The notes under the pieces: generated by a model
The model's database searches: none
The model's input: the letters and a program-made list of their open reading frames with translations, nothing else
What the model was told of the DNA's origin: nothing
Assembly (NCBI GenBank): GCA_963815195.1
Contig: CAWFGE010000021.1
Coordinates: 160,001 to 224,000, forward strand
Direction: 5' to 3'
DNA: 64,000 nt
DNA from: an uncultured Planctomycetaceae bacterium
GTDB lineage: Bacteria; Planctomycetota; Planctomycetia; Planctomycetales; Planctomycetaceae
Part shown: positions 10,375-22,423 of the stretch, piece after piece
Layout of the letters: the number at the start of each line of letters is the position of its first letter
Numbering within the stretch: position 1 is the stretch's first letter
Program-made: the position numbers and the translations under genes

Positions 10375-13300
10375 TTATTTGTCTGTCGCTTTGATGCGGT
10401 TATCCAGGCTTTCAATCAGGCGAATCAGATTCGTAATTTCCTGATCCACGGCGGTCCGGGCTTGTTCGGCAAGGTCGGCGTTGATGTTGGGATTCAAGAA
10501 CATTTCCGCGATCAAGCCCAGCACGTAAGCCACGTTGCCCAGGTCGTGCTTGAACTGCCGCAAGTCGAACTCGGGGGATACCGGCGGCTGGGCGACATTG
10601 GCGGCGGGCGGTTCGGGTGTCGCCGGTTGGGTCCGGGAAACGGGCGCGGTCCGGGGCCGGACGGTGTTCAATTTGGGATGAGCCAGCACGCTTTGCACCT
10701 GGTCGATCGACGGGGGCTTCACCAGATGCTCGTCGATTCCCGCTTCCTTCGATTTCCGGCGATCTTCCCGTTGGCCGTACCCCGTGAGAGCGACGAGCAG
10801 CACATCATCGTAGGCGGCGTCTTTCCGAACTTCCTTGGCGACTTCGTAGCCATCCAGCCCGGGCAGCCCGATATCCAGAAGCACCAGGTCCGGATGCATC
10901 TCCCGGATGATGGTCAAAGCCGCGTGGCCGTCGTGGGCGATCTCGACGTCGTGATCGCCGAGCTTCATCACCAGCTTGGACAGCATCCGCGCGGCTCCGA
11001 CGTTGTCATCGACCACGACCACCCGGCGGGGGACGGTGGCCAAAGGCGGCTCGTCTTTCGTTTCGGGATTGGCGGTCCTTTTCGTCAAAGGCAACTCGAC
11101 GCGGAAGAGGCTGCCCCGGCCCGTGCCTTCGCTCTCGGCCGTGATGCTTCCGCCGTGAAATTCGACCAGGCTTTTCACGAGCGTCAACCCGATGCCCAGC
11201 CCGCCTTGGGCCCGGTCGAGCGAGCGGGACGACTGCGTGAACAGGTCGAACACGTGGGGCAATAGCTCCGGCTCGATGCCCACGCCCGTGTCCCGCACGC
11301 ACACCTGAACCTGCCCGTTTTGCGGCAGGGCGGTCAGTTCGATCCGGCCCTTGCTCTCCGTGTATTTCGACGCATTGTTCAAAAGGTTTTCAAAGACCTG
11401 CACGATCCGCACCGGATCGGCATTGAGCCACAACGGTTCCTCCGGCAGGGAGACCACCAGTTCCTGGTTCAGCCCTTCGATCATCGGCTGCACCGTGGCC
11501 ACCGAACGATGGACGAGCGTGGCGAGGTCGACCGGCTCTTTTTTGAGTTCGATCCGCCCCCGCATGATGCGGGACATGTCCAACAGGTCGTCCACCAGGC
11601 GAACGACGTGCTCGACCTGCTCCTGCATGAGCTCGATCGTGTCTGGATGCCCGGCCGACTCGTCCATCGCCAGGATGTCCAGGCCGCTGCGAATCGGCGC
11701 GAGCGGATTGCGAAGCTCGTGGGCCAGCATGGCCAGGAACTCGTCCTTGCGGCGGTCGGCGTCTTTGAGTTCCTGATACAACCGGGCGTTCTCGATCGCG
11801 ATCACCGCCCGGCGGGCGAGATCTTCCGCCAAGGACAAATCGTCGGTGTCGTACCGCCGGCCCGAATCGGAAAATACGAACGACAGCACGCCCAGAACCC
11901 GGTCCTTGCCGGCGAGCGGAACGCAGAGAAAGGATTGCAAATTGAGCTGCTGAAAGAGCCGGCGATGTGCCTCGTCGCGGGCCGTCTGTTTCAAGAGATC
12001 GGGATCGATATGTTCCGCCAGTTCCGGCTCGCCGGTGCGGAGGACCTTCATCACTCCCATCGGCGCATCGGGGCGGGGCGGATAGCGGCGGAACAGTTCC
12101 TCGGCCAGGTGGACCTCTTCGGGGTTTTCGTGGGCCACGGCCAACCGCTCCAAGGTGCCCTCGGCATTCAACATATCCACGGCGCACCAGTCGGCAAAAT
12201 CCGGCACGGCCAGATGGGCCACCGTTTGCAGCGTGCTTTTGTAATCCACCAGCGTCGAAAGCGACTTGCTGGCTTCGGCCAGAAACCGGAGCGAGTCTTC
12301 CATCCGTTTCCGCTTGGTGATGTCCCGGATGAAGCTGCGGGAATGGACAAACCGCCCTTCCTCCCAGAGGCCGTTCGAGTCGAGCAGAACGTGCTTGAAG
12401 GTCCCGTCTTTGCACCGCAGCCGGACTTCGCAATTGGACACGGGCTCGCCCGCGGTCAGGCGATCCAGGAGGTCTTGCATCCGGTCTTGATCGACGTGAA
12501 ACTCCGCGATGGAATGCCCGACGTATTCGTCCCGCGCATAGCCCAGCATGTCGAGTTCCGCCTGGTTCACCCGCAGGATGGTTCCGTCCGGCCCCAACCA
12601 ATGCAGGCCCACCGCCGCGTTGTCGAAAAAGTCGTTGAGCTCTTGCTCGCTGCGGCGGTGCTTTTGCTCGGTCTGCCGCCGTTCGATGAATTGCCCGATC
12701 TGAGCGCCCAATGTGGCCATCATCTCCAGCAGGTCTTCGTCGGGCTCTTGGATTTCGTGGCTGAAGAACTCAATCACTCCCAAGAACGCGTTGTCGATGG
12801 CGACGGGACACGCGAAGCCTCCGTGGAGGCCGCTCGCCTCGGCTTCGGCGGCGCGAAGAAACTTCGGATCGCACACGACGTCCGAGATCCAGTTCGGCGC
12901 ATTGCTGCTCCAGACCCGGCCCGGCAGGCTCATGCCCCGCGGGAAGACCGCGTGGAACGTGACCTCGCGAAACGCCTCCACCCGTTGCGCAGGGTTGTGC
13001 CAGAATTCCTCGCAACGGAGCGTGTTTTCCTCGTCGATCACGCGCCAAAAGCAGCCCACGTCCCATTCGAGCGCCGAGCACACCGCGGTCAAGATCTCGG
13101 CGAGCGCCGTTTCGATGCTGCGTTCCTGGGCCAGGATTTGCGTCACGGCCAGCCGCGCGTTCCGCCGCCGCTCGGTCGCCCACTGCGGCGAGACGTCGCG
13201 GTCGATGGCGGAGGCGCCACCACGTCCCCTTCGGCGTCGAGAATCGGGGAAATGTGGATCGACACCGGGATCCGCCGGCCGTCTTTGTGTTGCCGGAGGG

Positions 13301-14270
13301 TTTCGTAATCCTGGCCCATCCGCCCGTCTTCGATCCGAGCTAAAACGTCTTTGAGTTCCTGGTGGCGGTCGGGCGGCACGATGAGCGAAAAGATTGATTG
13401 GCCCACGGCGTGTTCCGTGGAGTATCCGAACAGCCGCTCGGCGCCGGCGTTCCAATCGGTGATGAGGCCCTCCAACGTCAGCCCGAGAATCGCGTCCTCG
13501 GACGAATTCACCAATGCCGCGAGCCGGCCGCTTTCCAGGTGCGCGGCCCGCTTGAGCGTCACGTCCCGGAACACGAGCACCACGCCGATGACGCGTCTGT
13601 TTTGATCACGGAGGGGCGCGGCGCTGTCGTCGATGGCCCGCTCGGTCCCGTCCCGGGCGATCAAAACCGTCTGGTTGGCCAGACCGACGATCTCTCCGTC
13701 CCGGATCGCTCGCAACGCCGGGTTCTCGACCGGTTGCCGGGTCTTCTCGTTGACAATCTGAAACACCGTTTCCAGCGGCTTTTTGTGAGCCTCCGCCAAC
13801 GTCCATCCTGTGAGGGCTTCCGCCACCGGGTTCAAAAACATCACCCGCCCCTCTTGATCGGCGACAATCACGCCGTCGCCGACGCTGGAAAGCGTGACCG
13901 AATATCGCTCCCATTCCCGCTGGATCTGCTCCGATTTTCGCCGGACAACCTTGCTGAAAAACGCCACTCCGACACCGAAAAACGTGAACAGCCCCAGAGC
14001 CATCCAGTCGGACGATTGCTGCGGAAAAAACGATCTCGACGGAGGCATGATGAAGAACATCGCGATCAGCGCGCACAACACGACCGTCAACAGCGTCGGA
14101 CGAAAGCCGGCCAAAAGCGCGGTGATAAACACCGCCGGGAAATACGTGACGAAAGGCACCTGACCGCCCACATAGGGTTCGAGCAGCCAGCGAACTCCCG
14201 TGGCCACCAATGTGACGACGACGGCCAGGCCATACCGATAGGCCGCGGCATTCAATTGACGATTCACCAA
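10375..14270 (-). CDS. Membrane hybrid sensor histidine kinase (TM-PAS-PAS-GAF-PAS-GAF-HisKA-HATPase-REC); apparent missing base near 13217
   Basis: ORFs 13143-14417 and 10375-13455 join as DAEGDVVGASAIDRD with one G added; LAHELRNPLAPI, NLLNNASKYT, GGLGIGL, LLDIGLPGLDGYEV. Confidence 0.88.
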
Positions 14271-14903
14271 ACGACGCTCCGGGCAACCTGCAAGAAGAGG
14301 ACAGCCAGAAACCGGGCGGGATGAAATGCGTCCCGCCCCGTCACCACAAGACGCGAGACTTCCTCGAACCGCCGGATCAGCCCGCCCGGAGCTGTCCGCC
14401 GAACCGGAACCCACCACTCCTCCCCCACGCGATCATCCCGACCGTCCCGAATCCAGACCATCATGCCTGGATAACGATTCCGATTTTTGATTGTAGCGAA
14501 ATTCTAGGAGAGAGATGCGAACTTGCGAAGCGGAAGCCAACGATTTCCGGCATTTCTCCACCGAATTTCGGCCGCCCGCCTGAACGACGCGGAAAATCTC
14601 TGACCGCACACATTGCCAGTACGAAATTGCGCACGCCAAGACGCAAAAACCCAAGCCGACGCGGTGATGCAGCACAAAGCAGAGACCCCCACCGGAAAAC
14701 AACGCTCCCTCGCCGTGAACGCGTTGCGACACGAGCACGAGGCGCGGAACAGGCGGGAGACGGTCCGGGAAATCTACAAACGTCTTGAAGCCCAGAGGCC
14801 AGACAACGCAAAGGCGATGGAACGACATGGCCTGGAAGCGGACAATCTTTCCCGACCCGCACGTTCGGAAAGCAAAGCTCGCGGCGGCACGCGCCGAAAG
14901 GGT

Positions 14904-16472
14904 CTAGGGTTCATTGGACGCCGGCTTGGGAAGGGCGAGCGGCGGGGGAGGCGTTTTTCCCTCAATGAATGCCAGAGCCGTGGCCATCTGATGGTCGTAC
15001 AATTTTTCCGTCTGGGTGGGTCCCTTCGGTCTGCGTCCCAATGCGGCCCCGCCTCCTTCGAGAATGGCTTTCAAATTGCCGACCGCCGAGTACATTTGAA
15101 ATTTCGGCCCCTCGCTTGAGGCGGCGGAATCCTTCAATTCGGCTTCCAAGGCGTCCAATTGCGGCATGACTTGTCTCTTGAAGCTGTCCACTTGCGAGGG
15201 GCCCGGGTTTTTGGCCTGAAGCTCTTTATAGGCACTGCCGATTTGGGAGATCTCGTCGAAATACGCCTGGCTCCCTTTGCCGAACGGCCAGGGCACATAT
15301 TTGACGATCAGCACCAGCAGCAGCACCACCATGACGCCCATCACCTTGGGGTTTTCCTTGAACTTTTCTCCAAGTCCGGAAAACCTTTCGCCCATCGACG
15401 GGCCTTGCACCTTGGCTTGGGCGGCGGGCTTCCTGTTGGCGGCCTGCTGCCGGGCGAGTTCCGCCATGCGGGCTTGATACGCGGCAGCCGGGTTCGGTTG
15501 CTCCACCGGCGTCGGAGCCGGTTCTTCCTCGGCTGCGGGCTTGGCCTCGACCGGTTTTTCCGGCTCCGAAGGAACTTCATCCGAGAGCCATTTTTGAAGA
15601 ACCTGCGGCTCGGACTCGGCCTTCGGCTTGGAAGCCGATCGCGATCTGGCGGACGGCCGAGATTCCGCGACGGCTTTGCCGGCGGGAACCGGCCTGGCCC
15701 GTCGGCTCGGCCGCGAGGGGGACGTTTTTCCCGCAGACTTTTGCGGACTGATGAGTGTCGCCTTTGACAACTCGAAATCGTCTTCGTTCGCGAAGGACTC
15801 GTCGGCCGGCGTGTATTCGAATCCCGGAAACAACCCGTCAATGGCGCGGGCGGGCCGCCACGGGGTTTCATTGACTCGGCGGACGTCATCGTCCAAACCG
15901 ACTTCGCCGTTCCGGGCCATCACGCGAAGTTCTGCCAAGGACATCGGGCCGAGTTGGTGACCCAACGTCTGACAGATCCACTGGTCCTCGTCTTCCGCTT
16001 CCGAAATCGGCGAGCCATAGGCGTCCGTGGGCCCCGACGATTTCGCGGCCGGAGCGTCGGCGATTTGAATGTCCAAATCATCCAAGCTGCCCAGCCGCGT
16101 TTCCGCTTCCTCGACAATCAGCGAGCCGTAGGCATCCACGCGGCCGGACGCTCTGGCGGCCGCCGTGGGAGCATCGGACACCTGAATGTCCAAGTCGTCC
16201 AGACTGCTCAGTTCGCGTTCCGCATCGCCGTCGGCCAGTTCGATATTGTGAAACTCCGAGTCGTCGATTTCCTCGACGGCTTCGCCATCCGCCGCGACCC
16301 GATGTTTGGGAAACAACTGCGGCACGGTGCGGGCCGCGACCCACTCCTTCCACTCCGCAGACCGCACCCGATCCTGCGGCGAAAGCTGGTTCTTCAGGGC
16401 CATTTCCTGCAATCGCTCAAACGAAACGGGCCCATGTTCCTCGCCAAACGCTTTGTAAAACCATTCATCCAT
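14904..16472 (-). CDS. GYF_2/DUF4339 domain membrane protein
   Basis: Two GYF-like domains (WFYKAFGEEHGPVSFERL; WICQTLGHQLGPMSLAEL), low-complexity linker, one TM. Confidence 0.75.
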   Translation of the reverse strand: MDEWFYKAFGEEHGPVSFERLQEMALKNQLSPQDRVRSAEWKEWVAARTVPQLFPKHRVAADGEAVEEIDDSEFHNIELADGDAERELSSLDDLDIQVSDAPTAAARASGRVDAYGSLIVEEAETRLGSLDDLDIQIADAPAAKSSGPTDAYGSPISEAEDEDQWICQTLGHQLGPMSLAELRVMARNGEVGLDDDVRRVNETPWRPARAIDGLFPGFEYTPADESFANEDDFELSKATLISPQKSAGKTSPSRPSRRARPVPAGKAVAESRPSARSRSASKPKAESEPQVLQKWLSDEVPSEPEKPVEAKPAAEEEPAPTPVEQPNPAAAYQARMAELARQQAANRKPAAQAKVQGPSMGERFSGLGEKFKENPKVMGVMVVLLLVLIVKYVPWPFGKGSQAYFDEISQIGSAYKELQAKNPGPSQVDSFKRQVMPQLDALEAELKDSAASSEGPKFQMYSAVGNLKAILEGGGAALGRRPKGPTQTEKLYDHQMATALAFIEGKTPPPPLALPKPASNEP

Positions 16473-16842
16473 AAGACCAAATCGCAAATCGAGAACTGTG
16501 ATTACGCGGCCGCCGACCCGGTGGCGGCCGAAGGTGGATCTGCCTCGCCGAAGACCAAAAAACGATTCGCCTGCGAGAACTCGGCGCACGCCGGTCTGGC
16601 AAGCATCTTCATTCAAATTCCGCCGGCCTTTGCGAGGAAGGATCACTGGGATTGTGTGGGTGTTAGATTAGGGCTGAAAATGTAACTGTTATGAAGAAGT
16701 TGTGAATAAATGAAGAATTCAATGGGCTGACGAGTGTGTGGGGCGTGATGACTTTTCGGAGTTGGGCTTGAACATGATGACCCCGGGGATCGATTTCAAT
16801 GCCCTGCGATCGGCTGGGGTGAGCGAGCGGAGATGCCACAAT

Positions 16843-16885
16843 GCAACGAAACCGGGCCATCGATGGATGACCCGGTTTCGCGGGG
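16843..16885 (-). terminator. Terminator-like hairpin after DUF1559 gene, identical to 19878-19920
   Basis: CGAAACCGGGCCATC/GATGACCCGGTTTCG stem (U-G pair on minus strand); weak U tract. Confidence 0.6.
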
Positions 16886-16910
16886 TTGAGGTCGAAGTTG
16901 TCAGCGCGAA

Positions 16911-17900
16911 TCAATGGACGTTCGCTGGAGTCTCCGCATTTTGAATGGTGGCGACATTCCGGTAGATGGCGAGGCTGATGTTGTCGGACACGAAGACCAC
17001 CGAGCCGTCGCACATGCAGAATTGCGCTCCGCCGACGTGCATGCTCATAAAGGAGTAGTTGTTGTTCCAGTCGCCAATGCACGCGCGGAGTCCCTGGTCT
17101 TTGGTCAAGCCGCTGGCGGCCCCGCAGCGGGGCGGTGCATTGAGGGGAATGCCGCAGGTGGCCGTGGACCCATTGGACCACCACCACCAGTTCCACCTCG
17201 AATAGGCGGGAACGGCCTCTCCAATGGCGAACGTGTTGGACGCTCCGTCGGTTATGTCGCGGAGACGGGTCGAGTAGGGGAAATTCCAGCCGCGGAAAAT
17301 CAAACCGTTGCCGCGATCGAGGCCGTGGCCTCGGTTATGATTCCAGCGATCGCGCGCCGAGATGCCTGATCGATTCTGCCATGTGCCCCACTCCCAATTG
17401 GCTCCGGCGCAGGCTTTGTAGCTGGTGACCGCCCTTGTCCCGCCTCCGTCGGACCGGCCGCCCATTGGATCGGGGGCGCTGGTGTCGGACGGACAGCGAT
17501 AGACTGGAAGGGGCTGCCGGGAGACCCACGAATTGCTGGGTTGTTTCGGCGAGTTGACGTTGCCGTTGCGCGGATCGTTCCCGTAGCCGTATTTGAAATT
17601 GATCATTTTAAATAGCGGGGCCTGATCAACATTCGGAAGAATGCACACCAGCCAGCTTGTACTTTTTCCGTTTCTGCCATTGGTTGGCTTGGCATAATTG
17701 ATGGGAAAATGGCTGAAGCTGTCGTGATAGTTGTGGATGGCGAGCCCCAACTGCTTGAGATTGTTTTTGCAGGTGCTGCGACGCGCCGCCTCCCGCGCCT
17801 GCTGAACCGCAGGCAGCAATAGAGCAATTAAAATGGCAATGATGGCAATGACCACCAAGAGTTCAATCAGCGTGAATCCCCGTCTACGGCGCTGGGTCAT
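16911..17900 (-). CDS. DUF1559 prepilin-type protein (paralog A)
   Basis: [14 protein letters not shown]...[40 protein letters not shown]. Confidence 0.93.
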   Translation of the reverse strand: MTQRRRRGFTLIELLVVIAIIAILIALLLPAVQQAREAARRSTCKNNLKQLGLAIHNYHDSFSHFPINYAKPTNGRNGKSTSWLVCILPNVDQAPLFKMINFKYGYGNDPRNGNVNSPKQPSNSWVSRQPLPVYRCPSDTSAPDPMGGRSDGGGTRAVTSYKACAGANWEWGTWQNRSGISARDRWNHNRGHGLDRGNGLIFRGWNFPYSTRLRDITDGASNTFAIGEAVPAYSRWNWWWWSNGSTATCGIPLNAPPRCGAASGLTKDQGLRACIGDWNNNYSFMSMHVGGAQFCMCDGSVVFVSDNISLAIYRNVATIQNAETPANVH

Positions 17901-18037
17901 TTCGTCCCTCCTTCTGAGACTATGAAATGATGAAAAAAGCGGCCCGTCCCATAGAGAGATATGGGCTCAGGATTTTGATGGGAGATTGATTTGGGTGAGA
18001 CGTTTGAACTGAAGGATTACCAGACGGGTGTAGCCTG

Positions 18038-18065
18038 ATTAGAACAAATGAGCCTGATATGTCAA
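18038..18065 (-). promoter_or_regulatory. Putative sigma-70-type promoter of DUF1559 paralog A
   Basis: TTGACA-N16-TCTAAT with TGn extension; same architecture at 19775-19802. Confidence 0.55.
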
Positions 18066-18121
18066 CTCTCTGGCGTAAGATTTTCTTCGATCGGCGGGCA
18101 GGGCGAATAAAGATTGATCCC

Positions 18122-18159
18122 CAAAAAAAGAAACCGGGGCATCCGAAGATGCCCCGGTT
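18122..18159 (-). terminator. Rho-independent terminator
   Basis: 12-bp stem AACCGGGGCATC/GATGCCCCGGTT, UUCG loop on minus strand, then TCTTTTTTT. Confidence 0.85.
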
Positions 18160-18196
18160 CGCGTGTCGGTCTTTGGCGAAATTGCCGCGGGCTATT

Positions 18197-18616
18197 CTAC
18201 TCCACGACGAAGACGACTTTTTCGTCTTGCTCGGGTTTGACCGTGACCGTCAGGCCTGACGTGTCCGGCGAGGCAAATCGGCCGTCCACTTCAGACTTGG
18301 CTCGCTCCTTTTCCAGAGCCGCGAGGGCTTCAGGCGATGTGTCCTCGGAGCTGGCCGAGCCGTTCGCAACGACGGCGACCTTGCACTCGCCGACCGGAAC
18401 GGTCGCGGTAAACTTTCCCGCGGCGTCCGTGTTGGCGACGGCGGAAGGTCCGGTTTCGGGGTAAAACACAACGGTCACATCCCCAATCGGTTTCCCGTTC
18501 ATCCGCTTGACTTCGCCGGTCAACGACGCCGTGGGAACTTCCTTTGCGCCGCTGGAACAGCCAGAGATCATCCCCGCGAAGACGAGCAGCAATATCAGCG
18601 TGGTTCGGGTCGGCAT
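18197..18616 (-). CDS. Carboxypeptidase-regulatory-like-domain lipoprotein (usual DUF1559 partner)
   Basis: Lipobox ISGC; G.V...GKPI...V.FYP, TDAAGKF, TSGLTVTV; GGAG RBS. Confidence 0.8.
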   Translation of the reverse strand: MPTRTTLILLLVFAGMISGCSSGAKEVPTASLTGEVKRMNGKPIGDVTVVFYPETGPSAVANTDAAGKFTATVPVGECKVAVVANGSASSEDTSPEALAALEKERAKSEVDGRFASPDTSGLTVTVKPEQDEKVVFVVE

Positions 18617-18674
18617 GAAATACACTCCCATCGTAAGTTCAAGTTCTGTTCTACTGATTAAAATCACGACGGAA

Positions 18675-19671
<997 letters not shown>

Positions 19672-19774
19672 GAGCTTCCTCCGACAGAAAAGGGATGAAA
19701 CACCCCCTGCCCGAATTAAGGAAATGAGGGCGGGGGAAAAACTCGGAAGAGAAAGTGAAGATAAGTTAATGTTG

Positions 19775-19802
19775 ATTAGACCATAGTCGCATAAGAAGTC
19801 AA
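19775..19802 (-). promoter_or_regulatory. Putative sigma-70-type promoter of DUF1559 paralog B
   Basis: TTGACT-N16-TCTAAT with TGn extension. Confidence 0.55.
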
Positions 19803-19877
19803 TTCACTGAGGAAAGAACCTCATAAACTTTTGAATCCTGTTTGGAGGCGGAACGGACTTCTTTCGCCCTTCGAAAC

Positions 19878-19920
19878 GCAACGAAACCGGGCCATCGATG
19901 GATGACCCGGTTTCGCGGGG
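19878..19920 (-). terminator. Terminator-like hairpin after DUF11 gene, identical to 16843-16885
   Basis: Exact 43-bp direct repeat, stem-loop. Confidence 0.6.
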
Positions 19921-19985
19921 CTTGTCGGTCTGCGACGACCGGCGTTTCGAGGTGGGACTCTCGTTTCGAGAATCGTCCCCTCGGG

Positions 19986-21925
19986 CTACTCGCCGTAGAA
20001 GTTCGTCAACTCTTCGACGAGCAACGGCTCCTGGATAGAATCGCTGGCGAGGCGGGCGCGGAAGCGGTGGTAGCCCGCGGTCTTGCCTCGCACAAGAATC
20101 CGGTAGACGGCGGCGTTCTCGGCTTCGAGCGCCGGGAGGGCTTGAAACACGAGCACCCGGCCCTCGAGGTTATGGGCCGCCGGGGCCTTCACATCGGCCA
20201 GCTCGACGCCTTCGGGAAGTTCGCAAGCCACCTGAACGTTCTGGGCGTGCTTTGTCCCTTGGTTTTTGACGTGGATTTCGTAAGCCGTTTCGGTCCCGAC
20301 TTCCACGGGGTCGTTGAAGTCTTTGATTTCGAGCGTAAGCGCCGCGATGCCTTCGATCTTGGTAAGGATGTGGTCTTCGCTACGCGTGCCCTGATCGGTG
20401 ATCGCGGAAACGACGTGCTCGAACTCGCCGAGCTTGACGGCTTCGAGCGCGAGTTCCATCGTTGCGGATTGGCCGGGCTCGAGTCGGCCCACGAACCAGC
20501 CGGCGGTCTTGGACAGCGCGTCGAACTTGCCGCCTTCGGTCGCCGAGAGAAAGCGGAAGCCTTCGGGGACCTTGTGCATTACGCGGACGTTGTTTGAGAC
20601 CGTCGTGCCGTCGTTGGTGACGGTCAGCTTGTAGATGGCGTTTCGGTTCTTATAGCGCAGTCCCGGCCCATCGACTTCCATTTTCACGCTGGGGGAAATG
20701 ATGCGGATTTCGGTTTCGGTCAGCTTGCGGAGGTAGGGCGCGGAGTCCGCCGCGAGCTTGGCCTCGGCGAGGACTTTCACGCGATGCGTTCCGCCCGCCG
20801 CGGCGGCCAGAGCCAGCCGGACCATGCGCGTCTCGCCGGGATTCAGCGAGCCGATGGACATGCTAAGCTGCTTGCCTTGGGGATGTTCCAAGCCTTCGGG
20901 AATGAGGGCTTTGATTTCGACGTTGCGGGCGGTGCCGGTGCCGGGGTTGGAAACCTGGACGATTTGCGAAGCGGGATCGCCGAGTTGAACTTCGGTCGGG
21001 CCTTTGAGGACGACTTCCAACAGCGGTTCCTGCACGTGGAACACGGTCGCGGCGGCGGTGGTAAAGTGCACAAGAGCCGACGCATTCAGGTCGCCTCGGC
21101 CGGTGGGGATCATGTGGATTTGAATGACCTTCGTTTGATTGGGAGCGAGTTCGCCCAGGGACCATTGGAGCCGATCGCCCACGGGCTGGGGAGCGGGCGT
21201 GATCGCGGGCAGCAACCGGGCGGTGGCGGGGACCGCGGCTTCGACGGTCACGTCCCGTGCGGACAGGCCGCCGGTGTTTTTCACGACGAGATCACATTGG
21301 CATTCCTGGCCCACGTTGATTTCCGTGCGTTTGATCCATTCCAACGTCACCGTGGCCGTTTGCGGTCCGGTGGTCGGAGCCACGTCGATTGCCGACTTGG
21401 TTTGGGCCACCGGCCAGGACGAGATCGGTTGTTCGCCGGGGGTTTCCAACGCCTCGGCGGGAGCCTTCTCGACGTCCAGAATCGTCACGCGACCGCCGGC
21501 GGGCTGCGGCGTGCCGGGGGAAACAGCGGCGGGTCGGTGGCAGTCGGGGCCGGTTCAGCGGACGGCGGGGCGATATCCACCACACTGATCGAGCCACCGG
21601 TTGCGGGGGCTGCGGCCAGCGGATCGCCGGGAGGAATCGCGGGCTCGCCGGTTTCGGACAGCGAGGGCAGCGCGGAGAATTCATCGCGTCCCGGTGCCAA
21701 AGGCGGCTCGGCGGGCGAGGCGGCGGGATTTCCCGCCAGGTGCTCTTCGTCCGCGAAAGCCGATTCGCGATGTCTCGAATACCGCGAGATCCCCGGCGTC
21801 ACGGCCGGTTCGGTTTGGGCCGGCGGCGCTTCGGGGACGGGTTTTTCTCCGGCCCAAGCGATGAGACCCATCAATACACAGGCACACAGGCCGGTCAGGC
21901 CCACAAAGAGGATGCCCTTCCTCAT
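19986..21925 (-). CDS. Secreted DUF11 (OmcB-like Ig-repeat) protein; apparent missing base in run 21516-21520
   Basis: Signal peptide MRKGILFVGL..., Pro-rich linker, repeated V.N.G...A.NV modules, DPVEVGTETAYEIHVKNQGT. Confidence 0.8.
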
Positions 21926-22214
21926 GAGTTCACTCCTTGAACAGTTCGAAACGCCATGTGTCGCAGAATCGCCGCGGCATTCCAAGCCCCGGAATGCCCC
22001 GGCTGCCGATGTTTTGAGACCGGCATGTCTCATTGCTATCGGCAGCGGGGCGGCGTCAGGTTGAGAAGATTTGGCAAACTTTTCCGATTTCGGCGAATTT
22101 TCGGGCGAGCTTTCCTTTCCTCAAGAAATGTCCCCGTGGATTTGAATTCCCGCGGAATTTGCGCGAGACTGCACAGATTAACGAGCGTGCGCAATTCTGC
22201 GCCTGATCTGATGT

Positions 22215-22373
22215 AAATCCGAAGCACGAAATCCGAAATCCGAAACAAATCCGAAATGCCAAATCCGCATGTCCCAAACGAATGCCTCCACCCATAAAGC
22301 CCACCTGACGATGCGAGGTTTGGACATTCGGGCGTTGGGATGTGTTTCGGATTTCGAGATTCGGATTTTCGGA
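22215..22373. repeat. Inverted heptamer-repeat element (AAATCCG)n...(CGGATTT)n
   Basis: Direct reading; second copy at 62269-62428. Confidence 0.75.
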
Positions 22374-22423
22374 CGCGGGGCCTCGATCACAACGCGGCGA
22401 CTTCATCACGAAGGCGGTGGACG

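Noticed and set aside
11320..13308. 662-aa plus-strand ORF (likewise 22451-24196, 26497-28074, 50757-52688, 52345-53889)
   Set aside because: Shadow ORFs opposite well-supported genes.
14613..15119. 168-aa plus-strand ORF
   Set aside because: Overlaps the GYF gene end, has no clear RBS or motif; a shorter real gene cannot be excluded.
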